Source: Planctomycetota bacterium
GTDB lineage: Bacteria; Planctomycetota; UBA1135; UBA2386
Length of the DNA: 64,000 nt
Direction of reading: 5' to 3'
Assembly (NCBI GenBank): GCA_046290465.1
Contig: JBKAGP010000001.1
Location: 384,001 to 448,000 of the forward strand
The notes under the pieces are model-generated. The model was not told the DNA's origin and searched no databases. It saw only the letters and a list, made by a program, of their open reading frames with translations. The translations under genes and the position numbers were made by a program. The stretch's first letter is position 1, and every line of letters starts with the position of its first letter. Positions 39,470 through 50,294 of this stretch are shown piece by piece.

Positions 39470-40368
39470 GTGCGGTGCACGCGATGTCCGTCGACGTCGA
39501 GGACTGGTTCCAGGTCCTCAACATGGCGCACCTGATCGACCGGTCCGACTGGGACGGGTTCGAGCTGCGCTGCGGCGACGCGACCCGGCGGCTGCTGGAG
39601 CTGTTCGCGCGGCGCGACGCCAAGGCGACGTTCTTCTGCCTCGGCTGGATCGCCGAGCGCATGCCCGACGTGATCCGCGAGATCCACGACGCGGGCCACG
39701 AGATCGGCAGCCACGGCTACGACCACCGCGTGCTGCCCGACCTCGGCCAGCAGGGCTTCCGCGACGACCTCGAACGGACCGCGGCGATCCTCGCCGGCAT
39801 CACCGGCCGGCGGCCGACCGCGTTCCGCGCCTGCACGTGGTCGATCGGCCGCAAGACGCCGTGGGCCGTCGACGAACTGCTGCGCAGCGGCATCACGATG
39901 GACAGTTCGATCCAGCCGGTGCGGCACCCGGACTACGGGGTGCCGAGCGCGCCGACGACGCCGTACCGGATCGAGGCCGAGGCCGGCCATGGCCACCCCC
40001 GCGAACTGCTCGAGTTCCCGCCGCTGACGTGGGACGTGCTCGGCAAGCACGTGCCGGTCGGCGGCGGCGGCTACCTGCGCCTGTTCCCGCTCTGGTTGCT
40101 GCACAAGGGCCTGCACCAGAAGGAACGGCTCGGCGTGCCCGGCTGCATCTACCTGCATCCGTGGGAGGTCGACCCGGAGCAGCCGCGTCAACGGCTTGGC
40201 GGCGTGCGCGGCTTCCGCCACTACGTCAACCTCGGCAAGACCTACGACAAGCTCGACCGGCTGCTGCAGGCCCACCGCTTCGACACGATGTCGGCGGCGC
40301 TGGCTCAGCGCGGCGACAGCTGGCGCACGAAGCTGCCGGCGTACCGCGCCAGCGAACTGCTCGGGTAG
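39466..40368 (+). CDS. polysaccharide deacetylase (CE4 + DUF3473, exosortase-A-locus type)
   Basis: MSVDVEDWFQV, KATFFCLGWIAER, GHEIGSHGYDH, PVGGGGYLRLFP, YLHPWEVDPEQPR, FRHYVNL. Confidence 0.93.
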   Translation: MSAVHAMSVDVEDWFQVLNMAHLIDRSDWDGFELRCGDATRRLLELFARRDAKATFFCLGWIAERMPDVIREIHDAGHEIGSHGYDHRVLPDLGQQGFRDDLERTAAILAGITGRRPTAFRACTWSIGRKTPWAVDELLRSGITMDSSIQPVRHPDYGVPSAPTTPYRIEAEAGHGHPRELLEFPPLTWDVLGKHVPVGGGGYLRLFPLWLLHKGLHQKERLGVPGCIYLHPWEVDPEQPRQRLGGVRGFRHYVNLGKTYDKLDRLLQAHRFDTMSAALAQRGDSWRTKLPAYRASELLG

Positions 40369-43300
40369 TCGCGCAGCAGCTGCTCGAGCCGTTCGATCGC
40401 GCGCGTCGCCGGCTGGCCGTCGCCGGCCTCGAGTTCGGCGAGCGCCCACAGGAGCAGGTGGCGGCCGTCGTGCTGCGGCTCGGCCTCGGCGAAGTGCGGC
40501 AGCGAGGCCGCCGCGTCACCGCGACGCAGCGCGAACAGCGCCTGCACGTAGTGGCCGATCGGCGCGTCGCGCAGGGCGTCGGGCAGCTGCGCCAGCCGGT
40601 CGACGTCGGCCGTGGTCAGGTTGCGTTCGGCCGCCGACAGCGCGAAGAACGACAGCTCGGCGCGCGGGTCCTGCGCATGGCTCAGCACCGTGCGCATGCC
40701 GTCGAGCGCGCCGTCGATGCGCAGCCGCGTGCGCAGCCGCGTGCGCAGCGCCCACAGCGGCACCGACGTCGGATACTTCTCGAGCAGTTCGTCGACCCGC
40801 ACCGCCGCCTCGTCGAGAGAGACGCGCGCGACCAGCCGGTCGCTGCTGGCGCGCAGCAGGCTGCCGTCGTCGCGGCCGGTGGCGACCATCTCGAGGTGCT
40901 TCAGCAGCAGCGCCGGTTCGTCCACCGGCAGCTTGTCGCTGCGGTGCTCGAGCACGAAGTGCACGGCCGGGCCGAGCGCGCCGTCCTCTGCGAGGTGGCG
41001 CGTCGCGGCGGCCAGCAGCGCCGGCAGGCTCTTGGCATCGGCCGCCAGCGCCTTCGGGGCCAGCTCGTAGAACGCCGCCAGCAGCTGCTGACGGTCGCCG
41101 GCGTGCGGGCCCTGCAGGATCTGGTCGAGCACGAAGCAGGCCTGCGGTGCCGGGTGGCCGGTGGTGATCAGCTCGAGGTCGGCGTCGGTCCAAGGCTGCA
41201 GCCTGGCGCCGACGAGCCACTGCGCCAGCCGCGTCGTGCGGGCCATCTCCGGGAAGCCGCCGGCTTCAAAGCCGTGCACGATGCGTCGGGTGCCGTACAG
41301 CAAGGTCAGCTGCGAGCCGGCGGTGCCGCCGTTGGAGACGGCGTCCATCAGCTTCAGGTCGAGCTGCTTGCTCGGCTCGTAGGCCGGATCCTTGCCGGCG
41401 TAGGCGACCTCGCGCAGCAGCACCGGGTTGAGCAGCCCCGCCTTGAACAGCTCGTTGTGCAGCGCGCTGGCCGCGGGCGCCAGCCCGGCGTCGGCGGTCG
41501 CGCGCGCCAGCAGCAGGTAATGGGTCTGCTTGCTCGGGTCGGCGCGCAGCATTGCGTCGGCGCGCGGCAGCGTCAGCGACGCCAGCGCCGGATCGCGCAG
41601 GCCGCTGAGCAGCTCGAGCCGGCGGTTCTGCAGGTCGGGCTCGGTCGCCGCGACCCAGTCGACCAGCGAGAACTGGCCGAACGTCGCCAGCGTCGCGTGC
41701 ACCAGCAGGTCGGCCGGATCCTGCTTCAGCTGCTGCGCGACCAGCGCGGCGGCGATCGGGAAGTTGCCCATGCGCGCGGCGAGCGCCGGATCGGTCGGCG
41801 GGTCGACCAGCGCGTAGACCTTGCGGGCGCGTGCCTCGCGGCCCTGCAGCAGCAGCAGGCGCGCCAGCGGTTCGACGACGGCGACGCCGTCCTCGAAGCC
41901 GAGCGCGGCCAGCCAGCGGGCCTCGGCGCGCACCAGGTCGCCCTGGCGAGCGGCGAGCGTGCCGGCGAGGCCGTAGTGGCGGCCGTTGCGCTCGGCGGGC
42001 GACGCGGCCGGCAGCGCACGTTCGAGCAGGTCGAGCGCGGTCGCCGGGTGCTCGGCGGCCAGCTTCTGCGCGGCGTCGAGCAGCGGCTGCTGCGCGCCCT
42101 TGGCCAGGTCGAGCTGGTCGCGGATCGCCGCGGCCGCCGGCAGCAGCGCGGCGTCGTCGAGCTGCTCGCTGCGCGCGAGCACCCAGTCGGCGAACGCGCC
42201 GAGCAGCAGCAGGCGGTCGTCGTCGTCGGCCTGCGGCGGCGTCACGGCCAGCAGCTGCTCGGCGCGCTGCAGCTGGTCGTTGTGCACGAGCGCGCGGATC
42301 GCGAGCACGCGGGTGGCGGTCGGAGCGTCGTCGGCGAGCATCGACGGGTCGACGAACTGCGCCGCGGTCTGCGGTGCATCCTCGAGCGCGATGCGCAGCA
42401 GCTCGACCTGCAGGGTGTCGGTGCGCGGCACGCGCGGCATCGCGACGTGCACCAGCTGCCGCAGCGACTGTCGCGCGAGCCGCTTGGCCTCGATCGCCAG
42501 CGCCAGCGTGGCGGCGTCCGGAGTGATCGCGCGGATCGTCAGGTCAGCGGTCTTGGCGGCCTCGTCGTAGCGCTGCTGCGCGAGCAGCGCCCGTAGCTCG
42601 AGCTGGCGCGGCAGGTTGGCCTTGGGGAACGCGCCGATCGCCGCGCGCGCGTTGGTCAGCGCGATCCGCGCGGCCATGCCGCCGGGCTGGGTCAGCGCGG
42701 TCTGCGCGCACAGCACGAAGCCGATCGGGTCCTCCAGGTCTGGCACCGGCTTGCGGTTCTCGACGCACTGCGCGAACAGGTTGGGACCGCTCTGGCCGCT
42801 GTTCTCGTAGTGCTGCGCGGAGATCGCGACCCGCAGCGGGAACAGCCGCGGGTCGCCGGGCGTGATCTTGACGGCGTCGGCGAGGGCTGCCAGCGCCGCC
42901 GCGGTGCTGCCGCGCGTCTGCAGATACTGCGCCGTGCGCAGGTGGGGCTCGGCGTTCTCGGGGCGGCTGCGGCGCCAGCTCGCGAGCACCTGCTGCACCT
43001 CGCCTTCGGGGGCGTTGCGCGCCAGCATGCTGTCGAGCAGCACCGGCTGGAACTCGGCGACGAGGTCGGGGCGATCGAGCGGCGCCGGTTGCTGCAGCGG
43101 CACGCGCAGCAGCTGCTGCACGATGCGTTCGGTCTGCTCCGGATCGGGGGCTACCTGCAGCGCGCGCCGCACGGTGTTGAGCGCCGGGCCGCCGAGCGAC
43201 ACGTTGACCCCGTGCTCGCGCAGCTTCGCGACCAGCCTGCCGGTCGCGGCGAGCGTGTCCTTGTCGCGCAGCCGCCAGTTGCCGATCGCGCGCGCCAGCG

Positions 43301-44294
43301 CCAGCTCGGCGGCCGCCTGGCCGAGCTTGCCGTCGGCGGCGCGCTGCGGCACCTCCTCGGCGGTCAGCCAGCGGTCGACGGTCGCCAGTGCGGCGCGCGG
43401 CAGGCCGGCCTGGATGCGTGCCCACGCCGCCCATGCGCCGCTCTCGGGCACGTAGGCGTGGTCGAACATGCGGCGCTGGATCTCGCACGCGAGCAGCAGG
43501 TCGTCGATGCGTCCCGACTGCTCGAACGCGGTCGCCATCGCCCGGAACGCGACCACCGGCTCGCCGCCGAGGTCGAGGCTGCGCTGGAAGAACGACAGGC
43601 CTTCCTGGATCCGCTTGCGCAGCGAACGCGCCTGCGCAGAGACATCGGGCCAGGCCGCCATCAGGCGCGGCTCGGTCTCGAACATCTGCTCCAGCCTGCT
43701 GGCGGCGCGTTCGATCTCCGGGTCGCCGTCGGGGCGGTAGAGATAGGCGAGCAGCGACTTGCGCGACGCCTCGCGACGGCTCTGGCCGAGCTCGCGTTCG
43801 AGCGTGACCTGCAGGTCACGCAGCAGCGGCTGGTAGACGGTCTGGCAGGCCTCGCCGGTCAGCTCGAGCGCGCGGCTGTGCTCGGGGTGGGCCTCGACGA
43901 ACGCGCGGCCGCGCAGCCGCGCCTGTTCGCCCTGGCCGGCGCGCGCCAGCAGGCGGACCTCGTCGAGCAGCAGGTCCTCGTCGTCGGGGTGGCCGTTCTG
44001 CAGCAGCCGGCGCACGTCGTCGAGCGCGCCCGCCGGGTTGTCGAGGCGGGAGTGCGCCGCGTAGCGCAGCCGCCACAGCTGCTCGCGCAGGTCGGGCGAG
44101 TTGGCGATGCCGGCGCCGCGCTCGGCGAGGTCGAGGTCGGCGATGACCTCGCCGTAGTTGCCGGCGGCGAAGTTGGCGCGCGCCCGCGCCAGCGCGTTCT
44201 CCGGACCGCCGAGGCGGAGCACCGCGTAGCCGACGATGGCGCCGAGCGTCAGCAGTGCGCAGACGACGAGGATCTGGAGGCTCTTCTGGAACAT
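40305..44294 (-). CDS. giant N-anchored TPR/alpha-solenoid protein (1329 aa; positional PrsT analogue)
   Basis: N-terminal TM; Ala/Leu-rich TPR-like pairs throughout (e.g. RPENAEPHLRTAQYL..GSTAAALAAL..AVKITPGD); ends LLRDYPSS. The 3' end overlaps the convergent deacetylase by 64 bp. Confidence 0.8.
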   Translation of the reverse strand: MFQKSLQILVVCALLTLGAIVGYAVLRLGGPENALARARANFAAGNYGEVIADLDLAERGAGIANSPDLREQLWRLRYAAHSRLDNPAGALDDVRRLLQNGHPDDEDLLLDEVRLLARAGQGEQARLRGRAFVEAHPEHSRALELTGEACQTVYQPLLRDLQVTLERELGQSRREASRKSLLAYLYRPDGDPEIERAASRLEQMFETEPRLMAAWPDVSAQARSLRKRIQEGLSFFQRSLDLGGEPVVAFRAMATAFEQSGRIDDLLLACEIQRRMFDHAYVPESGAWAAWARIQAGLPRAALATVDRWLTAEEVPQRAADGKLGQAAAELALARAIGNWRLRDKDTLAATGRLVAKLREHGVNVSLGGPALNTVRRALQVAPDPEQTERIVQQLLRVPLQQPAPLDRPDLVAEFQPVLLDSMLARNAPEGEVQQVLASWRRSRPENAEPHLRTAQYLQTRGSTAAALAALADAVKITPGDPRLFPLRVAISAQHYENSGQSGPNLFAQCVENRKPVPDLEDPIGFVLCAQTALTQPGGMAARIALTNARAAIGAFPKANLPRQLELRALLAQQRYDEAAKTADLTIRAITPDAATLALAIEAKRLARQSLRQLVHVAMPRVPRTDTLQVELLRIALEDAPQTAAQFVDPSMLADDAPTATRVLAIRALVHNDQLQRAEQLLAVTPPQADDDDRLLLLGAFADWVLARSEQLDDAALLPAAAAIRDQLDLAKGAQQPLLDAAQKLAAEHPATALDLLERALPAASPAERNGRHYGLAGTLAARQGDLVRAEARWLAALGFEDGVAVVEPLARLLLLQGREARARKVYALVDPPTDPALAARMGNFPIAAALVAQQLKQDPADLLVHATLATFGQFSLVDWVAATEPDLQNRRLELLSGLRDPALASLTLPRADAMLRADPSKQTHYLLLARATADAGLAPAASALHNELFKAGLLNPVLLREVAYAGKDPAYEPSKQLDLKLMDAVSNGGTAGSQLTLLYGTRRIVHGFEAGGFPEMARTTRLAQWLVGARLQPWTDADLELITTGHPAPQACFVLDQILQGPHAGDRQQLLAAFYELAPKALAADAKSLPALLAAATRHLAEDGALGPAVHFVLEHRSDKLPVDEPALLLKHLEMVATGRDDGSLLRASSDRLVARVSLDEAAVRVDELLEKYPTSVPLWALRTRLRTRLRIDGALDGMRTVLSHAQDPRAELSFFALSAAERNLTTADVDRLAQLPDALRDAPIGHYVQALFALRRGDAAASLPHFAEAEPQHDGRHLLLWALAELEAGDGQPATRAIERLEQLLRDYPSSSLARYAGSFVRQLSPR

Positions 44295-44335
44295 GCCGTG
44301 GCTTCGTTATAGCCCCGCGGCGACGGCTTGCACCA

Positions 44336-45712
<1,377 letters not shown>

Positions 45713-45849
45713 GTCGGTGGTGGTCCTGGCGCGGCGACGGTCGCACGGATGCGACGCCAGGGTCCTCATCGGCAGACGGGGTGGGACCTCTTCAGTGCAG
45801 GACGGGCGGTGCAGCTGGAGGCGCGATGCCGTAGCCTCGCCGCGCCCGC

Positions 45850-46788
45850 ATGTCCTGGCTCCGCCCCAAACACCTGCTGCCGACGCCAGATGCGTCCGTC
45901 GAACGGCTCGGCGACGTGCTCGCCGAGGTGCGCCGGGTCGAGGTGCGCACCTCGCGCATGATCACCGACGTGCTGTCGGGCGGCTACCGGTCGACGTTCC
46001 GGGGGCTCGGGGTCGAGTTCTCGGAGGTGCGCGAATACGTCGAGGGCGACGACCCGCGCTCGGTCGACTGGAACGTCACCGCGCGGGTCGGCCGGCCGTT
46101 CGTCAAGCGGTTCGTCGAGGAGCGCGAGCGCACGCTGGTGTTCGTGCCGGACCTGGCGACGACGATGGCGCACGGCCTCGGCGCCTGGTCGCTGCGGCAG
46201 GTGGCGTCGCGGTACTGCGCGATGCTCGGGCTGATGGCGATCGACAACCACGACCGGGTCGGCATGGTCGCCGGCGAGCGGTTCGTACTGCCGCAGCCGG
46301 GCGGCGGCCACGTGCTGCGCGTGGTCGACGACTGCGTGCGGCTGCCGTTCGAGCCACCGGGCCGCCTCGGCGAACGGATCGCGACGGCCACCGCGCGGGT
46401 GCGTCGGCGTGCGGTCGTGTTCGTGCTGTCGGACTTCCTGACGACGGGCTACGAACACGCGCTGTCGCTGGCCGGCCGTCGCCACGACGTCGTCGCGGTG
46501 CGGCTGCTGCCGCGCGAGCTGGTCGAGCCGCCGCGCCGCCTGCTGCGCGCGTTCGCGCCGGCCTCGGCGGGCGGCGGCGGGGGCGGCGAGCAGCTGTGCG
46601 ATTTCGCCGACGACGGCGTGCGCCGCGCTTGGGCCGAACGGATCGCCATCTGGCGCGCGCACCACGACGACGTGCTCGGGCGCGCCGGCATCGACGGCAT
46701 CGACGTCGAGGTGCCGGTCGAGCCCGACATCCGCGCGCTGGCGGCGCCGCTGCTGCGGTTCTTCCGCCGCCGGGAGGCGCGGCGGTGA
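45850..46788 (+). CDS. DUF58 domain protein (MoxR-associated)
   Basis: GGYRSTFRGLGVEFSEVREYVEGDDPRSVDWNVTAR, KRFVEERE, VFVLSDF. Confidence 0.92.
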   Translation: MSWLRPKHLLPTPDASVERLGDVLAEVRRVEVRTSRMITDVLSGGYRSTFRGLGVEFSEVREYVEGDDPRSVDWNVTARVGRPFVKRFVEERERTLVFVPDLATTMAHGLGAWSLRQVASRYCAMLGLMAIDNHDRVGMVAGERFVLPQPGGGHVLRVVDDCVRLPFEPPGRLGERIATATARVRRRAVVFVLSDFLTTGYEHALSLAGRRHDVVAVRLLPRELVEPPRRLLRAFAPASAGGGGGGEQLCDFADDGVRRAWAERIAIWRAHHDDVLGRAGIDGIDVEVPVEPDIRALAAPLLRFFRRREARR

Positions 46789-47585
46789 CGGCGCGGCGGT
46801 TGCTGGCCTGCTGGTGGGGCTGCTGGTGGGCCTGCTGCTGGGTCTGCTTGCTGGGCACGGCGGCGACGGCCCAGGCCGTGACGATGCCCGAACAGGTGCG
46901 CTTCGGCGACGCGTTCGAGGTCGTCGTCGAGTCCGAGCGCGCGTTCGACGAGGCGACGCTGCTGCCGCTCGAGGTCGAGGTGGTCGAACGGCGGCCGAGC
47001 GGTGCCGGCGAGGTGGTGCGCCTGCGCGCGCGCTGCTACGAACTCGGCGAGGTGACGCTGCCGCTGGATCCGCCGCGCACGCTGGCGGTCGCGACCAGCC
47101 TGCCGCAGCCGCCCGGCGAACTCGAGTGGCCGGCCAACGGCTACCAACTGGTCGGCGCGCCGCCGTCACGCTGGCTGATCGCCGGCCTGACCGCGCTGAC
47201 GATCGTGTTCGGCTACGGCTGGTGGCGGTGGTTCGCGCGCCGGCTCGCCGCGAAGGCCGAACCGACCGCAGCGCCGGTCCGCAGCTGGAGCGCCGTCGCC
47301 GCGCTGCAGGCGCTCGAGGTCGGCGACGGCGACGCCGACGCGTTCTTCCTGCGGCTCAAGGCGATCGTGCGGCGCCACTGCGCCGAGCGCTTCGGGATGC
47401 CGGCCGACGTGCGCACCAGCGAGGAGCTGCTGGTGGCGCTGCCGCGGCTGCGCGAGCGGCTGTCGCCGTGCCTGCAGGGCTGCGACCTGGCGCTGTTCGG
47501 GCCGCTGCCGCCGGCCGCCGAGGCGCGCGAACGGTCGCGCGGCCACGCGCTCGCGTTCGTGCAGGCATCGGAGGAGGGGGCGTGA
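46785..47585 (+). CDS. Bat-operon hypothetical membrane protein
   Basis: GTGA overlap with DUF58; signal-like N-terminus, beta domain, TM, then LKAIVRRH..ERFG....RTSEEL typical of this operon slot. Confidence 0.7.
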   Translation: MTARRLLACWWGCWWACCWVCLLGTAATAQAVTMPEQVRFGDAFEVVVESERAFDEATLLPLEVEVVERRPSGAGEVVRLRARCYELGEVTLPLDPPRTLAVATSLPQPPGELEWPANGYQLVGAPPSRWLIAGLTALTIVFGYGWWRWFARRLAAKAEPTAAPVRSWSAVAALQALEVGDGDADAFFLRLKAIVRRHCAERFGMPADVRTSEELLVALPRLRERLSPCLQGCDLALFGPLPPAAEARERSRGHALAFVQASEEGA

Positions 47586-48583
47586 TCGCCGTCGTCGAGA
47601 CCGGCCTGCAGTGGCGCGAACCGCTGGCGTTCTGCCTGCTGGCGCTGGTCGCGGTCGCGCTGCTGGTCCGCTGCCGGCAGCGCGTCGGCGTCGCATTTGC
47701 GGCGATGCCGCTGCTGCCCGGCGACGACGCGCGGCTGCCGAGGACCTGGCGCGGCCGGCTGGCGCTGCTGCCGCTGCTGCTCGAAGGCCTGGCGCTGCTG
47801 GCCCTGGTGCTGGCACTGGCGCGGCCGGTGCAGGTCGAGGCCGAACCGCCGGCGCGGCTCGGTCGCGACGTGCTGCTGTGCTTCGATCGGTCGTCGTCGA
47901 TGGCCGCCACCGACCTCGATCCGCAGCAGAGCCGGCTGCAGGTCGGCCGGCAGCTGGCCGCGGAGTTCCTCGCGGGCCGTCGCGACGACCGGCTCGGCAT
48001 CGTCACGTTCGCGCGGTTCGCCGACCTGGTCTGCCCGCCGACCGCCGACCGCGCGACGGTCACCGAACTGCTGCAGCGCGTGCAGCTGGTCGACGCCGAA
48101 GGCCCCGAGGACGCCACCGCGATCGGCGCGGCGGTCGGCATGGCGGCCAACCTGCTGCAGCGCTCGGACGCGGCCGGCCGCGTGATCGTGCTGTTGACCG
48201 ACGGCGAGGAGAACGTCGCCGCGTTCGGCGCGCCCGACCAGATCGCGCCGCTGCACGCCGGCCAGTGGTGCCGCGACCACGGCATCCGCGTGCACACGAT
48301 CGCGATCGGTCGCGGCGAGCAGGCGGCCGACGGCAGCTGGCGGCCGCTCGACACGACCGCGATCCAGCAGCTCGCCAAGATCAGCGGCGGACGGTTCTTC
48401 GCCGCGCCCGAGCAGCGCACGCTGCGCGCCGTCTACGACGAGATCGACCGGCTCGAGGCGGTGCAGTTCGCCGAGCCCGGGGTGCGCGTGACCGAGTGGT
48501 TCGCGGTGCCGATCCTGCTGGGGCTGGCGCTGCTGGGCTTCGCGCACGCGCTGCGTCCGGCCGGCACCGGAGGTGCGGCATGA
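47582..48583 (+). CDS. batA: BatA-like VWA domain protein
   Basis: REPLAF, LALARP, MIDAS DRSSSM, DRLGIVTF, CPPTAD, TAIG, LLTDGE, VYDEIDRLE, C-terminal TM. Confidence 0.85.
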   Translation: MIAVVETGLQWREPLAFCLLALVAVALLVRCRQRVGVAFAAMPLLPGDDARLPRTWRGRLALLPLLLEGLALLALVLALARPVQVEAEPPARLGRDVLLCFDRSSSMAATDLDPQQSRLQVGRQLAAEFLAGRRDDRLGIVTFARFADLVCPPTADRATVTELLQRVQLVDAEGPEDATAIGAAVGMAANLLQRSDAAGRVIVLLTDGEENVAAFGAPDQIAPLHAGQWCRDHGIRVHTIAIGRGEQAADGSWRPLDTTAIQQLAKISGGRFFAAPEQRTLRAVYDEIDRLEAVQFAEPGVRVTEWFAVPILLGLALLGFAHALRPAGTGGAA

Positions 48584-49560
48584 ACGTCTGGACGCTGCAG
48601 CCGCCGAGCTGGTGGCCGGCGCTGCTGGCCCTGCCGCTGCTGCTGTGGGCGGGCTACCTCTGGCGCCGCCGCGCGCTCGCGGCGCTGCGCCGCGACTACG
48701 GCGGCCGCGAGCACGCGCTGCTCGGCCGGCCGGTGTTCGGCGCCGCGCGCGGCGCCTGCGTCGTGGCGGCCGTTGCAGCCGGTGCGCTGGCGCTGCTGCG
48801 TCCGGTCGCGCCAGGGCGCGAGGCCCAGCTGGCGCCCGATGTCGTGCTGTGTGTCGACGTGTCGCGCTCGATGGCCGCCGACGACGTCGCGCCGAGCCGC
48901 TTCGAGGCGATGCGCGCGCAGGTCCAGACGCTGCTCGACGCCGCGGTCGGCTCGCGCTTCGCGCTGGTGGCGTTCGCCGGCGACGCGCAGGTGGTGGCGC
49001 CGCTGACCGCCGATCGCGACGCGATCGCGTGGCTGCTCGCGGAGCTCGAGCCGGGCGCGATCGGGCTCGGCGGCACGAACCTCGGCGAGGCCCTGCGCGT
49101 CGCGCAGGGCGCGCTCGAACGGGTCGGGGCGGTCGGCGAACTGCTGCTGCTGACCGACGGCGAGGACTTCGGCGACGACGCCGCGCGCGCGGCCGAGGCC
49201 GCCGCCGGCGCCGGCCATCGCGTGCAGGCGGTCGGCTACGGCAGCCCTGCGGGCAGCAAGATCGTGGTCGAGCAGGACGGCGAGCAGACCTTCCTGGTCG
49301 ACGAGCGCGGCCAGGACGTGATCACCCGCCTCGACGTCGTCGGGCTGTCCGCGGTCGCCGCGGCGGGCGACGGCACGCTGTGGCGCGGCGGCGAACCGGA
49401 CGCGCTGCTGCGCCGTTGGCGCGACGAGCTGGTGCCGTTCGCGGCGCGTCGCCGGCTTGCCGCCGGCGACGCCGACGTGGTGCAGCGCTTCGCCTGGCCC
49501 TTGCTCGCGGGCCTGCTGCTGTTGATGCTGCGCATGTGCCTGCCGGAGCGACGTCGATGA
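48580..49560 (+). CDS. batB: BatB-like VWA domain protein
   Basis: ALLRP, DVSRSMAADDVAPSR, VAFAGDA, PLTAD, GGTNLG, LLTDGED, GYGSPAG, VITRLD. Confidence 0.85.
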   Translation: MNVWTLQPPSWWPALLALPLLLWAGYLWRRRALAALRRDYGGREHALLGRPVFGAARGACVVAAVAAGALALLRPVAPGREAQLAPDVVLCVDVSRSMAADDVAPSRFEAMRAQVQTLLDAAVGSRFALVAFAGDAQVVAPLTADRDAIAWLLAELEPGAIGLGGTNLGEALRVAQGALERVGAVGELLLLTDGEDFGDDAARAAEAAAGAGHRVQAVGYGSPAGSKIVVEQDGEQTFLVDERGQDVITRLDVVGLSAVAAAGDGTLWRGGEPDALLRRWRDELVPFAARRRLAAGDADVVQRFAWPLLAGLLLLMLRMCLPERRR

Positions 49561-50294
49561 AGCGGTGCTGGATGATGCTCGCGGCGCTGCTGCTGATGGC
49601 GCCGCAGACCCGCCCGGAGGTCGACGCCACGGCCTTCAGAGCGGCGCTCGCGGACTACCGCGCCGGCGAGCACGAGCGCGCGTTCGACGCATTCTCGGCG
49701 ATGGTGGCGCAGTCCGACCTGCCGCGGGCGCGGCTCAACGCGGCGCTGTGCGCGCTGCAGCTGTTGCGCAGCCGCGACGCCGAGGAGCTGGTGGCGCCGC
49801 TGACCGAGGTCGACGGGGTTCGCGCCGATGCGGCGTTCGTGCTGGGCATGGCGGCGCGCCAGCACGGCGAACGGGCGGTGGTGGCGGCGAAGCTGCCCGA
49901 CGCCGAGCCGATGGCCTGGGTGATGGCCAGCCGCGCGATGCAGCGCAGCGAGCTGCAGTTCCGCGAGGCGGTGCGACGTCGGCCGGACTGGCCGGAGGCG
50001 GTGCGCAACCTCGAGCGCACGCTGCGTCGCCGCGCCGAGGTCGAGGCCGAGCGCGAGGCGGCCAAGCCCAAGGAGTCCAAGAAGGAGGAGGCGCCGGAGC
50101 CCGAACCGCAGCCGGAGCCGCCGAAGCCGGACCAGCCGCCGGAGGTCGTGATCCCCGAGGTCGCGAACGCCGAGCTGTCGGCGCAGGAACTGGAGAAGCT
50201 GCAGCAGCGCGTGCGCGCGCAGCAGCGACAGAAGGTGCGCGGCCGCCAGCAGCGGTCGCGCGAGAACCGCAGCACACGAGGACGGGACTGGTGA
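49557..50294 (+). CDS. BatC-like TPR protein
   Basis: Signal peptide, TPR-like helices, EAVRNLE, E/K/P/Q-rich linker, terminal RDW typical of BatC/BatB tails. Confidence 0.75.
   Translation: MKRCWMMLAALLLMAPQTRPEVDATAFRAALADYRAGEHERAFDAFSAMVAQSDLPRARLNAALCALQLLRSRDAEELVAPLTEVDGVRADAAFVLGMAARQHGERAVVAAKLPDAEPMAWVMASRAMQRSELQFREAVRRRPDWPEAVRNLERTLRRRAEVEAEREAAKPKESKKEEAPEPEPQPEPPKPDQPPEVVIPEVANAELSAQELEKLQQRVRAQQRQKVRGRQQRSRENRSTRGRDW

Noticed and set aside
45713..45849. sigma54 (-24/-12) promoter near the NtrC-like gene or the EPS operon
   Set aside because: The TGGC...GC candidates here and at 29735-29755 lack the required GG-N10-GC spacing and TTGC context.
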